Source: Styela clava
Lineage: Eukaryota
Direction: 5' to 3'
DNA: 64,000 nucleotides
Assembly (NCBI RefSeq): GCF_964204865.1
Contig: NC_135250.1
Location: 5,022,001-5,086,000, forward strand
The notes under the pieces: model-generated
Told to the model about the DNA's origin: nothing
The model's database searches: none
What the model saw: only the letters and a program-made list of their open reading frames with translations
Program-made: the position numbers and the translations under genes
Part shown: piece after piece, positions 41,001-53,683 of the stretch
Position numbering within the stretch: the first letter of the stretch is position 1
Layout of the letters: the number at the start of each line of letters is the position of its first letter

Positions 41001-44000
41001 TTAATATTGAATAATAACGTATTATTGATATAGTAAGGGGATAAATTTTAGAAAAAGATTCGAGCTTGAGACATGGAGTATAGTATGTTAAATTTGATAT
41101 CTCCAATTCTGTATGTGCTATGGCGTTTCATCGTAAATCATTGTCGTCAATTATAAGAGACATATAGTTGAATATATGGACATGAAGGGCATGCATTAGC
41201 ACCGATACGACGAAGCCTTTACCGCGAGTTTATTAAAAAGTCCGCGGGGAATTATGCCTGAGGTCAGGGGGGAGAGGGGTGCGGGTCGTTGTGCGCCATC
41301 TTGGTACACATTATTCGGGAGCACCTAATTTTCAGAACCCCCTGCTGCTGCAGGCGTGCAACTCCCTCGTCTATTTTCCCTTCCCTCGAATGACCTTAGT
41401 CTGATATGATACTGTGTCCCAATTCAATGCGCTTAGTACTCGTGTTTCTAAACTTCTAATAACAGGAAGAAATCCAGAACTCAAGAAATAACAGTCATAC
41501 ACAGTACGATTCCGGGAAATTAATAAAACTATAACGATATGTATTGTCTTCCAATTAAAGTGATAATCATACATTTGAAACTGCGGTAACTGGTATTGAA
41601 TTTAGTGCTTCTTTGCCAGATTTACTACAGGAATACAGTAAAAGAAACTTTTTAAATAGAAACATCACAATTAGATTTTCATCCAAACTACATACGACTA
41701 AACTCAATACCAGTACATGTACTAACCTTATATTTCTTTCAAAGTCACAAATTAGGCACTAAAATAATCTTAATAAAGTCAATCCTGGAAGAGACACAGA
41801 GACAACACTAACGTACCAAACTTGTGCTGAAAACAGGAAGTGCAATCTATTCTGGGACTTTCTACACAAAACCATTTGAACTATGACGTCATATAATTAG
41901 GCCTGTCAATCAACACCCTTGCAAGCCGTCAGATCCTGTGCCTTATAAGGATATCTGGCGTGCAGTAGTAAAATATTTTCTTATAAACAATTATTACAAT
42001 TATTAATAAAATGGCCACAGACGTCAAATAAAGTAAATTTTCCTAAGCATTGCTCGGAACCATGAGGCCGATGCGTATACTGAAATATCGGTGATTTAAT
42101 CGTTTTATGTAAACGCTGCAGGACAACGATGCCGTGAGTGTTAAACTGCTTATCGGTATGGCGATACCCTTAGTGAAAACCGCATACACTGTTGGTTTAT
42201 GAAATAGAGTGAACAAAAGAATGGTTTTGCACTCTGTGTGGTTCGCGGGATACGTTTAGCCAGTAAGGTATCTCTGGTGTAAATTTTTTTTTATAAAACT
42301 TGAATAGACTATAATTACCTTTACTTCCATTCTTTACTGTTGCCCCCCAGCCCGTAACGACACATGACTTTCCTGCCAACATTGTTTTAGAGCCTATAGG
42401 GGGAAATATGGGTTCGATATGACTATGCAATCCTGTATTTATCGGTGTTGGGAGTTTGATTAGTGATATGTCGTTCAGATATTTTATCTTGTCGAAATCT
42501 GGAACAAAAAATGCTTTTTGAAATAACGATGCTAAGATGGCGTATGAAAGCAATGGTATTCGTATTGGCAAAATTCACCAGCATAATATATAATTGTTGA
42601 AAGCGTCATATACTTTTATGCTGCATGTGGTATCAAAATATGGATTTTCTGTGAAGCGCTCAAATTACGATTTCCATAAACAAAGATGTATTGTAAACGC
42701 GGGTCATGAGTTATTTTAAAAGCCTAACCAAATGTTAATTTCAAAATTGAAAATAATTTTTGAAAACAAAAGAGCAATGCTCAAATTCATGGACACGAAA
42801 ATCAAATGAAGTAGTATTAAATCTATAACAGTACCGAGATCTTATTAAAAGACATCAGACTTTGCTGAGCACCATAACGGCACGGTGCATAGTTTGATGA
42901 CGTCATCACACAAAACTTCATATGTTAAAACCAATCCCATATACTCAGGGCTGCCATCGTTATGAATCCAAAAATGAGGACGTCAGGGAAACATAATATT
43001 AGAATACCAAAGAACGAAATGTAATAAACAAAATGTATTCATGCCAGTGCGACCCGTGTCTAATCATACTTTGCACTAGAAAGGTTTTACTCCAGCAGTT
43101 CTTTATTTTTGGAAACAGTCTGTTCCGTCGCACTTTTAACACGAACTGATTTTAGCCGATAGGATATTGTTTTGTGTCAATTATATTGCTGTTATTACGT
43201 AATGAATGCGCGTAGCAATCAATGCGGTTGTAAAATGTCATTTCTAGCAAATCAAACATTCGAATTGACCAATCTGAGTGCCTGGTATTAGAACCTCTCC
43301 CCATAAAATAAGAACACATGTCAAAATAAGGACGTTTCTTAGAAATAAGAACCTAAAAATTTTCTAAGACTATGGCAGCCCTGCATAAAGCCCACAGAAA
43401 TATACGGTAAAAAAAATAATAGCTTTCTAGCGACAACAACAATCTTTAACCACTAAAAATTCAAAAGCAATTTGTCCAGTAGTGAGAAAAGCCTGTTTTT
43501 CAACAACATAGTAACAAATTGATCCATAGACCAACTTCGTAATTCTTTCAAATTCAAATATAAAATAAATATTACCTTCGTGCACGTGAACAATGGATGC
43601 CTTTGTATAATTAACAGCTCCTTTACCAATCCCGTTTCTGTTTATTGTTCCCAACGTAATTCTTTGAATCTTCCAATTGTTTCTAGTAAAAGTAATGTTA
43701 ATTAATTACACCACAAAATTAATTGAGCATTTATTTTCGCAGTCCAACAGTAAAATACACAAACTCGGGGAATCCTTGGTAGTTAGTGGCAAATGGACTT
43801 CGTCGCATTTCAGTTGCTGATCAATTGATGCAAAATACCACCCGCACAAGTTTATACTCTTGTGAAGTTTATGAGCTAGCTCATTGGTTCCTAACCTCTT
43901 TTTTAATAAATTCTTTCCTTTGTCTATTCCGGACGTTTTTATTCGTCACTCATTATGCGTTACTTACGTCTATGATATAGAATTTTAAATCCCACCACAG

Positions 44001-47000
44001 TGTCTGTAATATTATATAGAGTCTATATAATATTACAGGCTGTAGTGGGATTCAAAATTTTAAGAACGGGTTCTCTTTTGTAGCATCCTCACTGACAACA
44101 GATTTCTTCATTTTAGAAACTGTATATATATATATATGTCACTACGTGAGCTGCATTAACACGACATGCTTTACATAAACCCAAGAACTTTCGAACGCCA
44201 AATATAACGCTAGTTGGAAGCTTCCATCAAACGTCCAAATCAAAATAAACAACATAGCACCACGACATCCGGGAAACGGGTTTGCGTGAACTCTCTGACC
44301 CCCGTCAAACCCCCGTTAAATACGTGAAGTCATACAAATAGAAGTGAAAAAGTATGAGATAGCAGAGATATGAGAAATAAGTATTGGGAAATGAAAAATA
44401 CTCACCCAACAGGATCTAAAAAGCAATGCGCCGCAGTGAGCACCCATGAGGGTGTTATCAAGCTACCTCCACATTGCTGCCATTTACCATCAAGTTCTGT
44501 TATGATAAGAGCTTGCCAAGGCCATTTTCCCGGTTCTGACGGTGACCCACTAGTAATCAATTCCTCGGTCGGACAGAACATTCTGCTCCTACGCCCACAT
44601 AATCTACTTTGTACTATCGACCCATTTTTTCTGTCTCGGCATTTCCTTGTTCGACTGCTTGAACCATATCTCCAAGTACACGAAGTCCAAGATGTCCATG
44701 TCAAATCTGCATGTAGAAGTTTTTCAATCATAACTTTGGGTTATAACAAATAATGAAACCCGCCATTAGCACATTTTTAATAATGTGGTATCAAACAAGA
44801 TGTGTGCTTGTTTGAGAGATATAAATATATTCTAGCAAAAGAAATAACGTTAATAGTCATTTAAACTTTTTATAACGTTTTGATATGCATGTCAGTGTTA
44901 CGGTTCTCCGGCATTTGGTACAAGTCCTTAAACTCCAAGGCACGGATCATTCGAGTCTTGAGTCAAGACTCAGTCCCAGCAAGTTGGCACGGCTCTAATA
45001 TTGAAGAGGTAAACTAAATTTTCCATTCCATCAACTGAAGGTATTATATTGCGGAAAAGATTGGATAAACTAATCAGGGAAAAAGTATTTACAGTTGGTT
45101 TATTGTTCAACCGCGGCGTTTGGAATACGTTTACTATTGCACCACTGATTGCCTGCGCGGATTGGTATGTTCAAACCCCGTGGGGAAAATTATATACGAA
45201 AAAATTGCTGGACTCTTCGCCGTCGTAAGGTGGTTCACGTAACCGCTTGTTGGTTATGAATTTGACTATTCCCATACCGCACATAGCCTGGTAACCGGTA
45301 CGAAGCCTTGGTTCTCTATGACTATGTGATGGAGCCGTTCTATCTACTTTCTTTCCTACCTACTAGAAATACTAGACTAGGGCATAACTTTAAAATTAAA
45401 CAGTTGAGCAAACTTCAACATTACACGGACAGAAATACACTGAAGATAGTTTATTATTAGTTATCGATTTTAATCGGTAAGTATGTTGATAGGTATTTGT
45501 CTGTATGTTTGTCTGTTAGATGCACGCGATATCTCACGAAAGCGAGATTGAATCTGCTCCAGATTTTGCATGTGCATTCATCTTATCTCGGACCAGAAGC
45601 CTATTGATTTTGGGCGAATTATGTCGTATAATTAGCGAGTTATCAATCAATTATTGACATGCGATGCGCAGTCCGCAAGTTACAAGAGCGGATGAATCGA
45701 AACTGCAGTTTCTGTTTTGGGGGATCCCCTAACTATCGATCGATAAGTCTTCGGTTTCCAACCGATATTCTCGTTTACTCTTTTAAACATATATCGTATA
45801 TACAGTCATTGTTCGGGGATCTGCCTCCAAGTCAAAACTAAATCCTATAAAATCTGTACAGAATAGGGCTCTATGGACCTAATGCTCATATTTTACATGA
45901 ATATGATGTACTACAAAACTGGCCTTCTCAAGTATACTGATATTTATCAGCCAGAAAATTTGTAAATTGATGCATCAGATTCATAATTGTTGCCTTCTAA
46001 AGGTAATCAATAAATACTTTGCCGAACAAAGCAGTGTTCGCAATTGAAAGGCTAGATCAGCATCATCATTCCGTGTGCATCGCCAGGCTCACGCAAAGAC
46101 TCGAAATTCATTCACAAATAAGAGTAATATTATGTGGAACGCTTACCATGGTAATATACAAAGCATGTGTTATCAACTTTTTAAATCAATTATGAAATTT
46201 CGTGTCGACTCACGTGGAATCCTTGTAACAATTGGTCTGGAAGTGTTTTTTGTGGCATTTTTGATACGACCGCCTAAAAAAAAAGAATAAAAAAGGTTTA
46301 TATACCATCCTACGCTCTTGTTACATTTATAGTGTCACTTTTGGTATTCATAATACTGTAATGCTATTTGTGTCTTTCATATTTTTTAATATACAGTTTA
46401 ACGAATATTTCCTTTATTAAATGTGTTCTTGTGAAAGTTAAAATTTGGTAGCAATAATCAGAACACGATCCCGAAAATACAAGAATAGTCTATTGGGCCC
46501 CACGTTTAATAACCGGGAAGTTCTTCAGTTCGTTATTTTAACTATAATATTTATTATTTATCGATCTCGATCGAAAAGTATGTTGATAGGTATTTGTCTG
46601 TTTGTTTGTTTGTTTGTCTGTTAGACACTTTCGTATGTTACGCGATATCTCACGAAAGCGAGATTGAATCTGCATGTGCATTCATCATATCTCGAACCAG
46701 AAGCCTATTGATTTTGGATGAATCATGTCGTATAATTAGCGAGGTATTGATTAATTAGTGATGGGACATGCGGTGTCGCTATTGAGTCAGAGCGAAGGAA
46801 TCGAAAACGCAGATCGATAAGTCGGCGGTCTCCCATCGCTATCTCGTTCACTCTTTCGAACCTATATCCCATATGCAGTCATTGTCTGGGAATATGTCTC
46901 CGAATCAATACTGAATCCTATAAAAGCCGTACGTAATAGGGCTCTATGGGCCTACTGCTCATATTATCAGGAATATGATGTACTACAAAACTGGCCTCCT

Positions 47001-48014
47001 TCAGTATACTGATATTTATCAACTAGAAAGTTTGCAAAGGGATACATCAATTTTATAATAGTTGCCTTCCAAAGGTAATCAATACCTACTTCGCCAACAA
47101 AGTAGTGTTTGCAAATAAAATGCTAGGTCAACATCATCATTCTGTGAGCATCGCCAGACTTACACGACGACTTAAAATTCATTCAAATACAAGGGTGTCA
47201 AATACAATGTGGAATGTTTTCTGTGATGAAATATGGTGTGTTGTCAACCTTTCAAATCAATAATGAAAAAAATTTCGTGTCGACTCACGTGGAATCCTTG
47301 TAACAATTGGTCTGAAAGTGTATTTTGTGGCATTTCTGATACGACCACCTAAAAAAAGGAATAAAAAAGGTTTATATACCATCCCACGCTTTTTTCGCAT
47401 TTATAGTGTCACTTTTAGTATTCATAATACTGTAATGCTATTTGTGTCTTCAATATTTTATAATTTACAATATTTCGAATATTTCCTTATTAAATGTGTG
47501 CTTGTGAAAGTTAAAATTTGGTAGCAATAATCAGAACACGATCCCGAAAAGACAAGAATAGTCGTTTGGGCCCAACGTTTAACAACCGGGAAGTCTTTCT
47601 TGAGGATGAATTTCGCAGCATTACTAATATTCTTTAGTTCGTTATTATAACTATGATTTTTAATATGAACTATTTAAACTGTATAAAAGCAAGATTGCGA
47701 CTTGCGTATAACACTGGCTGAACCTATTGAAGATTGAACAAAAAAAGTTGTTTCCATGCTTAGTGAGAGAGGGATAAAGAGTTTCAAAATAGGTGAAGGG
47801 GAAATTAACAAAAAAAGTTTGGGAATAGAGAATAGTTAGGAATAAACAAAAAATCAACAAAAATGAAATATTTTAATTTCAACAATTCATGTGGAAATTT
47901 AAACGACTATTCAAAATATTTTATCACGAACGTACCTTCTGTGAGCAATATTATTAAAGTTGAAAAAACGGTTAACGCGATCACAGAATGGGCTGAAATG
48001 AAAAGAATCCGCAT
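35096..48014 (-). CDS. Secreted trypsin-like serine protease with one N-terminal and eight C-terminal TSP1(-like) repeats, copy B, 788 aa, intact
   Basis: Exons in transcript order: 47936-48014 (MRILFISAHSVIALTVFSTLIILLTE), 44406-44706 (WTSWTSC TSP1-like + KWPWQ...LTAAHC), 43576-43682, 42319-42498 (NDISLIKL), 40833-40953, 39846-40033 ([10 protein letters not shown]), 39465-39632, 38893-39057, 38534-38698, 38174-38338, 37811-37975, 37169-37333, 36510-36686, 35683-35810, 35096-35188 (TAA). All GT-AG, phases compatible, total 2367 nt = 789 codons. His/Asp/Ser triad motifs intact; Asp in KKDTC suggests trypsin-like S1 pocket; WxxW...CSVTC..G..R.C motifs are TSP1. Confidence 0.92.
37980..39170 (-). 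repeat. About 360-bp tandem repeat, three full units, each one TSP1 exon plus intron
   Basis: Near-identical 165-nt exons starting at 39057, 38698 and 38338 (spacing 359 and 360 nt) with repeated intron sequence. Confidence 0.92.
42946..43383. mobile_element. MITE with cagggctgccat termini inserted in an older repeat
   Basis: TIR cagggctgccat / atggcagccctg; TSD degenerate. Confidence 0.7.
45451..47650. repeat. About 1.1-kb direct tandem duplication in the first coding intron of protease B
   Basis: 45451-46550 aligns with 46551-47650 (aagtatgttgataggtatttgtctg, cgcgatatctcacgaaagcgagattgaatctg, ggtagcaataatcagaacacgatcccg). Confidence 0.85.
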
Positions 48015-48118
48015 ATTGTTGAAAACCTTTTCACATATAAAAAGTTATGATGGTGATTGTACTCATTAGAATACACTATCCGTCTTACGATCTTTAAACA
48101 AATATGTACTCTTAACTA

Positions 48119-49327
48119 CTGGGTGGTCGCTAGAAAAGCAGAAAATTTGTCAAACAGCTATTTATTTTTACAAAGAAGAATTTTTACAAAGTTTTTTATG
48201 GCAAATGGTATATTACACAGAATATTACAGAAATCAAATTAAAACCTAAAAGGTAGGGGAAGGTGGGGCACGCTGGGACACGGGGCACAGTGGAAAATCA
48301 GCTCTCACGCTGATACTATATCCGCAATCCTGTCCACGGTTCGATGTTTCAATCCGCCCTTCGGTGAGTTACAACGTCCCCGCGAACGGACAACGGACGG
48401 GTAGAGCGGCGCAAGCTATGAGGTGAAATTGGTTTTGGGAGGTTGGAACTAAAATTTCATCGTTCCAGTTTTTTCTTTTTTTGACTTTAGCCTTTCCAAC
48501 ATGACAAAACATCGTCTGATATTTTTCAGCATTAGTCCACTGTAATATATTGATAACGTTGGCGAGTGGATGTGCCTTCCGAATTTCGCCGTGGGAAGGT
48601 CTGAAAATATTTGTTTTCTATGGGGAACAATGGACCGGGGTTCAGTGGGACATGCCCTACAGGGCACCATTCGAGAGTGTTTGATACAATAAGTGCTTAG
48701 TGAACTAGAGATGCATTATATTTTGTGTAATAATATGGTTTCTTTCGGCCCATGGCCCAATATGGAATATATTCGAGAATCAATAATATATCCAGATTTA
48801 GATTCGAGAAAGGAAATGATCAAATTTGTTTGCGAAATTTTTTGTCAAAATATCTGAACTATTTCAGTTGAACATAGATTTTAAAAATATTAAATCTTCA
48901 AATTTGAAGTCTCCCTGTTCTTTAGACGATTATGCTGATTAAATGCTTACTTTTAAGGGCATACTTCGTTGAATTTTGACAGACTGACCCATCGTGCCCC
49001 AAGGTCTGTCCGAATGTGCCCCACAAGTGAGGTACAGTAGGACACTTGACAGACGTTTTCAGAGCATTTTGGTAGTAAGATGTGTGTCACAATGGTATTT
49101 TCTAGTCGCTGAACAAAAACTACATTTACCCCTCTATGCATTAGTCCCGCCAACTTAAGTGAATATGCAGAATCAACGGCTCAAAATATGCAAAAGAAAA
49201 AAAGTGTCCCAACCTTCCCCACTTTCCCCCATCGCCCTGAAACAACCTAGAACCTGGAAGAAAACGAATCGAAATGAGTAAAAGTCTGCAAATGAGTAAA
49301 TTTTCTGCTTTTCTAGCGACCACCCTG
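48119..49327. mobile_element. cagggtggtcgc MITE carrying a nested DNA transposon
   Basis: Long TIR gggtggtcgctagaaaagcagaaaattt at both ends. Confidence 0.8.
48256..49230. mobile_element. Nested non-autonomous DNA transposon with GGGG termini inserted at a TA
   Basis: About 26-bp imperfect TIR ggggaaggtggggcacgctgggacac / gtgtcccaaccttccccactttcccc; the empty site aaaaggtatcaccct is seen (reverse complement) near 11586-11600. Confidence 0.82.
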
Positions 49328-50573
49328 ATATAGCGGTAATCTGCAGAATAACAATTAAAAATGTGAACCTTTTAGGACATTACAGTGTACAACAGACTAA
49401 GGTAAATTTACAACAAAAAAACTATTACAAATGTAATCTACTGCGCCGTCTTCAAATTTTCACAACTAGTCAAATAATCTGACTAAACTGCCACAATAAA
49501 CAACACGTTTAGTTTCTAGTATTCTAGTTTAAACTTGATTTGTTTATTTACAGCTTTGGTTATTATCGTTGGTAATCAACCGCTGCATAGCTCGCGGGGA
49601 TTTTGTGGTATTTTTAATTTTTAAATGCCGTCAGAATAAACTTAAAATTTTTAATAATTCACGCAGTGGATTAGAAAATATTATTCCATGAGAATTCCGT
49701 AAAATCAAGAAATATTTCAACTTGCGATGGTTTTTATTTCCCAAGTTCAAGATGTTCTAAAAAAGGGAACTGAACGAACTGAAAAAAAAACCTTGAACCG
49801 GTGGTCTTCTTTTTCATTTTATGCAGTATCCCGCTTATGTAGCAGTGTACTGGTGGTCTGTTAAAGCATAAGTTCTTAAAGTGCTCCATACGGAGCCCCA
49901 GGGCTTTCTTAATTGAATTAGAGGCTCCGCGAGTTATTTATTTACATGTTAAAATACTCACTTGGCTAATTTTGTAACTGTCCAACGAGGCAATAACGGC
50001 ATTAGTTTATAAAATTTGAAAACAGTAGCGTCGAAATATGGCAACGAGGCTGTAATTCAAATATTAACTTATCTATAAGTTTCAATAGATAAATATTTAT
50101 TATTAATTAACTGTGGGTCTCCGTAAATAGTAGTCAGTCTCTTCACGGGCTTTGTAGGACCAAAAGTTTGAGTACCCCAGTTATGTTGGACATACTTAGA
50201 GCTGGAATTCAAAATTGTAAACTAGCTCGCTTTTGTATCGAACTCAATAAAACAGGTTTTTCATTTCAGAGAATGTATGTCGTCACTGCGTCAGAAATAT
50301 TAACATGACCGCTTTACATAAATCTCATACAAAACAAGAACGTAAAAGGCGGGTTCCCTGATTATCATGGCATTCCAAGAACGGGTTTGCGCAAACGCAC
50401 TGAAACCCGTCACCACGCATAACCATTTGAATACATGGATGGTCTTGGTTGTAATTAGTAGACTTTAACGGACGTCTGAATATAAATGTCGGGTGAATGT
50501 CTACAGTGAGCGAATGAAATAATATATGAATATTAGGGATTGTTGAATTATACATACGAATCATGATCTATGC

Positions 50574-51003
50574 CAGGGGTCGGCAACCTACGGCCCGCGG
50601 AGTAATATAATCCGACCCGCTACGCTTCATTGAATAGTGGTAACAAAACAGCTGTTTTGACAATTATATTCTTCACGTAACAGACCTTATTGTGATACAC
50701 GTGTACATTGAATTATATTATATTCTAACAAGTATAAAATTCGACAATGGCAAGATAACCCAGAAAAGGTGATGCTAAATGCAAAGGGTTCAATGTCGCC
50801 GAAAATATTCAAATGGATAGTTTTGAGATGCAATACAACGAGGAAATAAATCTATATTCTATTCGAGAGATGTATCATTGCCTAATTTTTATTATGAAAA
50901 ATATTATTTGTTCGGTTTTCAACTTTCTAAAAAATGTGCTCCCGCCAATGACTTGCAACTTTTATCTTTGGCTCGCGACCCACAAAAAGGTTGCCGACCC
51001 CTG
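50574..51003. mobile_element. hAT-type MITE
   Basis: TIR caggggtcggcaacct / aggttgccgacccctg; TSD atctatgc / gtctatgc; empty site in arm A near 10205-10220. Confidence 0.92.
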
Positions 51004-51027
51004 GTCTATGCGATATTAACATATAGG

Positions 51028-51525
51028 TAGGCTTAACATACGTCCCGCTTTAGGCGGGACAGTCCCGATTTTCAGCGTTTTGTCCCGCCGTCCCGATAAG
51101 TCAGCCAAAAGTCCCGCTTTTCCAGCATAATACACAAACATGTTCTCGTTACTGTTGTTTCTGTGTAGCGCAGCGCTAGCCTACTCACTGAAGGTGAATG
51201 CGTTCGTTTCCCGCTGATTCCCATTGATGGCAGACGTATCGCATGTAAAACCAATACTAATTAGTCTAAATTCGAATTATTTGTACCGGTATCGTTAACG
51301 TCAATTACTTCTTATTTTTCGACCTGAACCCGATATTTGGACAGAAAATATGCGCATGTAATTTGGATAACAATATGGTCAATAAAGACAGCCGAGACAG
51401 CTTTAAATGTAGGAATGTAGGCCTATGTAGTAAAATCGGAAAATGTGAAGTTACAAAATCACAGCTAAGGGGTCGTTGTCTTTTGAGGCGTCCCGATTTG
51501 AAGTCACAAAAATATGGTAATCCTA
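51028..51525. mobile_element. hAT-type MITE with TAGG termini
   Basis: TIR taggcttaacata / tatggtaatccta, internal gtcccg repeats, TSD catatagg / catacagg; empty site in arm A near 10193-10201. Confidence 0.85.
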
Positions 51526-51781
51526 CATACAGGCAATAAGGGATAATACGCATGACTGGATGTTCTCAGAGTGACAAACTGAATATACCCTCATAGTTCA
51601 CTCCTAAGGCATTTCGGTATTTGTTTGTGAACTGACTGACTTGAGCTGTAGGACTGTAGCCCAAGATTCATAAATAACTGCGAGTAGAGTTTGAATTGCT
51701 TTTCATAGAAATATTTAATGAAGTAGAACAAAATATAAGCATACTCAATATTATCACACGGAATTGAATCATGCCTTAAAA

Positions 51782-52070
51782 TAGTGGTTCTCAAACAGGG
51801 ACCAGTGGCCCTCCAATGGACCACAAAGTAGCTTGATAGGGGCCACCATGGTAGGCGCAAAACTAATTTTTACTTTCATTGCTTGATAAAGTTACTTCTC
51901 TGGGTATTTTACCTTTGTTGAGAATGAATTGTTTGCACATACAGTAATCGGATTTGGAATCGACCAATCAAAGTAACACTATACACACCACTGGAATGAG
52001 AAATAGGGGGGCATGAGTGCTGAAAGCCTCCAGAATTGGGCCACAGGGTATAAAAGGTTGCGTAGCACTG
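51782..52070. mobile_element. hAT-type MITE (paralogous copy at 61630-61913)
   Basis: Termini tagtggttctcaaac / ggttgcgtagcactg, TSD ccttaaaa / cctcaaaa. Confidence 0.75.
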
Positions 52071-52523
52071 CCTCAAAAGTTCAATCTATAATTTACAGAT
52101 AGGTAATTATGTCAATGTTACGTCATAAATAAATATACTCTACAATAAAAGCAATACACTCTACAAAAAAGATGAACTTAATAGCATTGTTAAAAAATAT
52201 ACAATATATAAAAGCAGCATATACTTTATAATGTTGTAATACATATTCACCGTGGCTGGCATATAAACGCTGCTAATGAATATAGAAATTGTTTTCTCGT
52301 TTGCCGGTAATCCAAAAGTAATGTAACAAAGGCAAACAAATATAGGCTATTTGTCATCATATTTGTTTGCACTTTGAGGATTGATTGACCTCACTGACAG
52401 ATTTATGAAAAATGTTAAATAAACCTCGTCATAGTCAAGCTTATTTTTTCAATTCAATAAAATATGTTCAATGGAATTGACTCAGTAAAAATTTCAGGCC
52501 CCAGTCGACGATATCGTCATCAT

Positions 52524-53683
52524 CTACGTCATAATATTGGTCAGGATTTTGGTAATTATATCGGTCATAATCTTTGTCATCATATTTTCCACGATATTGG
52601 CAAGTGTATTGGTGATCGTATTGGTCATTGTATGGGTCACAATATTGGTTATTTTATTGGTCATCGTAGGGGTCATATTATTGGTCATTGTATGGATCAT
52701 CATATGGGTCATCATATTGGTCATCGTATGGGTCATTATATTGGTCATCATATGGGTCATCATATTGATTATTATGTTGGTCATCGTATGGGTCATCATA
52801 TTGGTTATTATGTTGGTCCTCGTTTGGGTCATCATATTGGGTATTATGCTGGTCATCGTATGGGTCATCATATTGATTATTATGTTGGTCATCGTATGGG
52901 TCATCATATTGGTTATTATGTTGGTCATCGTTTGGGTCATCATATTGGTTATTATGCTGGTCATCGTATGGGTCATCGTATTGATTATTATGTTGGTCAT
53001 CGTATGGGTCATCATATTGGTTATTATGTTGGTCATCGTTTGGGTCATCATATTGGTTATTATGCTGGTCATCGTATGGGTCATCATATTGATTATTATG
53101 TTGGTCATCGTATGGGTCATCATATTGGTTATTATGTTGGTCCTCGTTTGGGTCATCATATTGGTTATTATGCTGGTCATCGTATGGGTCATCATATTGG
53201 TTATTATGTTGGTCATCGTATGGGTCATCATATTGGTCATCGTATGGGTCATCATATTGATTATTGTGTTGGTCATCGTATGGGTCACCATATTGGTTAT
53301 TATGTTGGTCATCGTATGGGTCATCATATTGGTCATCGTATGGGTCATCATATTGGTCATTGTATGGGTCATCATATGGGTCATCATATTGGTCATTGTA
53401 TGCATCATCATATTGGTCCTTGTATGGGTCATCATATTGGTCATTGTATGGGTCATCATATTGGTCATTGCATGTATCATCATATGGGTCATCGTATGGG
53501 TCATCATATGGGTCATCGTATGGGTCATCATATTGGTCATTGTATGGATCATCATATGGGTCATCATATTGGTCATTGTATGGATCATCATATGGGTCAT
53601 CGTATGGATCATCATATTGGTCATTGTATGGGTCATCATATGGCTCATCATATTGGTCATTGTATGGGTCATCATATTGGTCA
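52524..53683 (-). repeat. 12-nt-period coding minisatellite with 36-nt higher-order units
   Basis: Plus strand ggtcatcatatt / ggtcatcgtatg / ggttattatgtt units; minus strand encodes [16 protein letters not shown]. Confidence 0.95.

Larger units (their letters stand above)
34210..51700 (-). repeat. Arm B of the inverted segmental duplication
   Basis: Reverse-complement homolog of about 9550-26890, containing protease copy B. Confidence 0.85.

Noticed and set aside
52524-53683. CRISPR-like appearance of the regular repeat
   Set aside because: Contiguous 12/36-nt units with no unique spacers, no cas genes, eukaryotic context.
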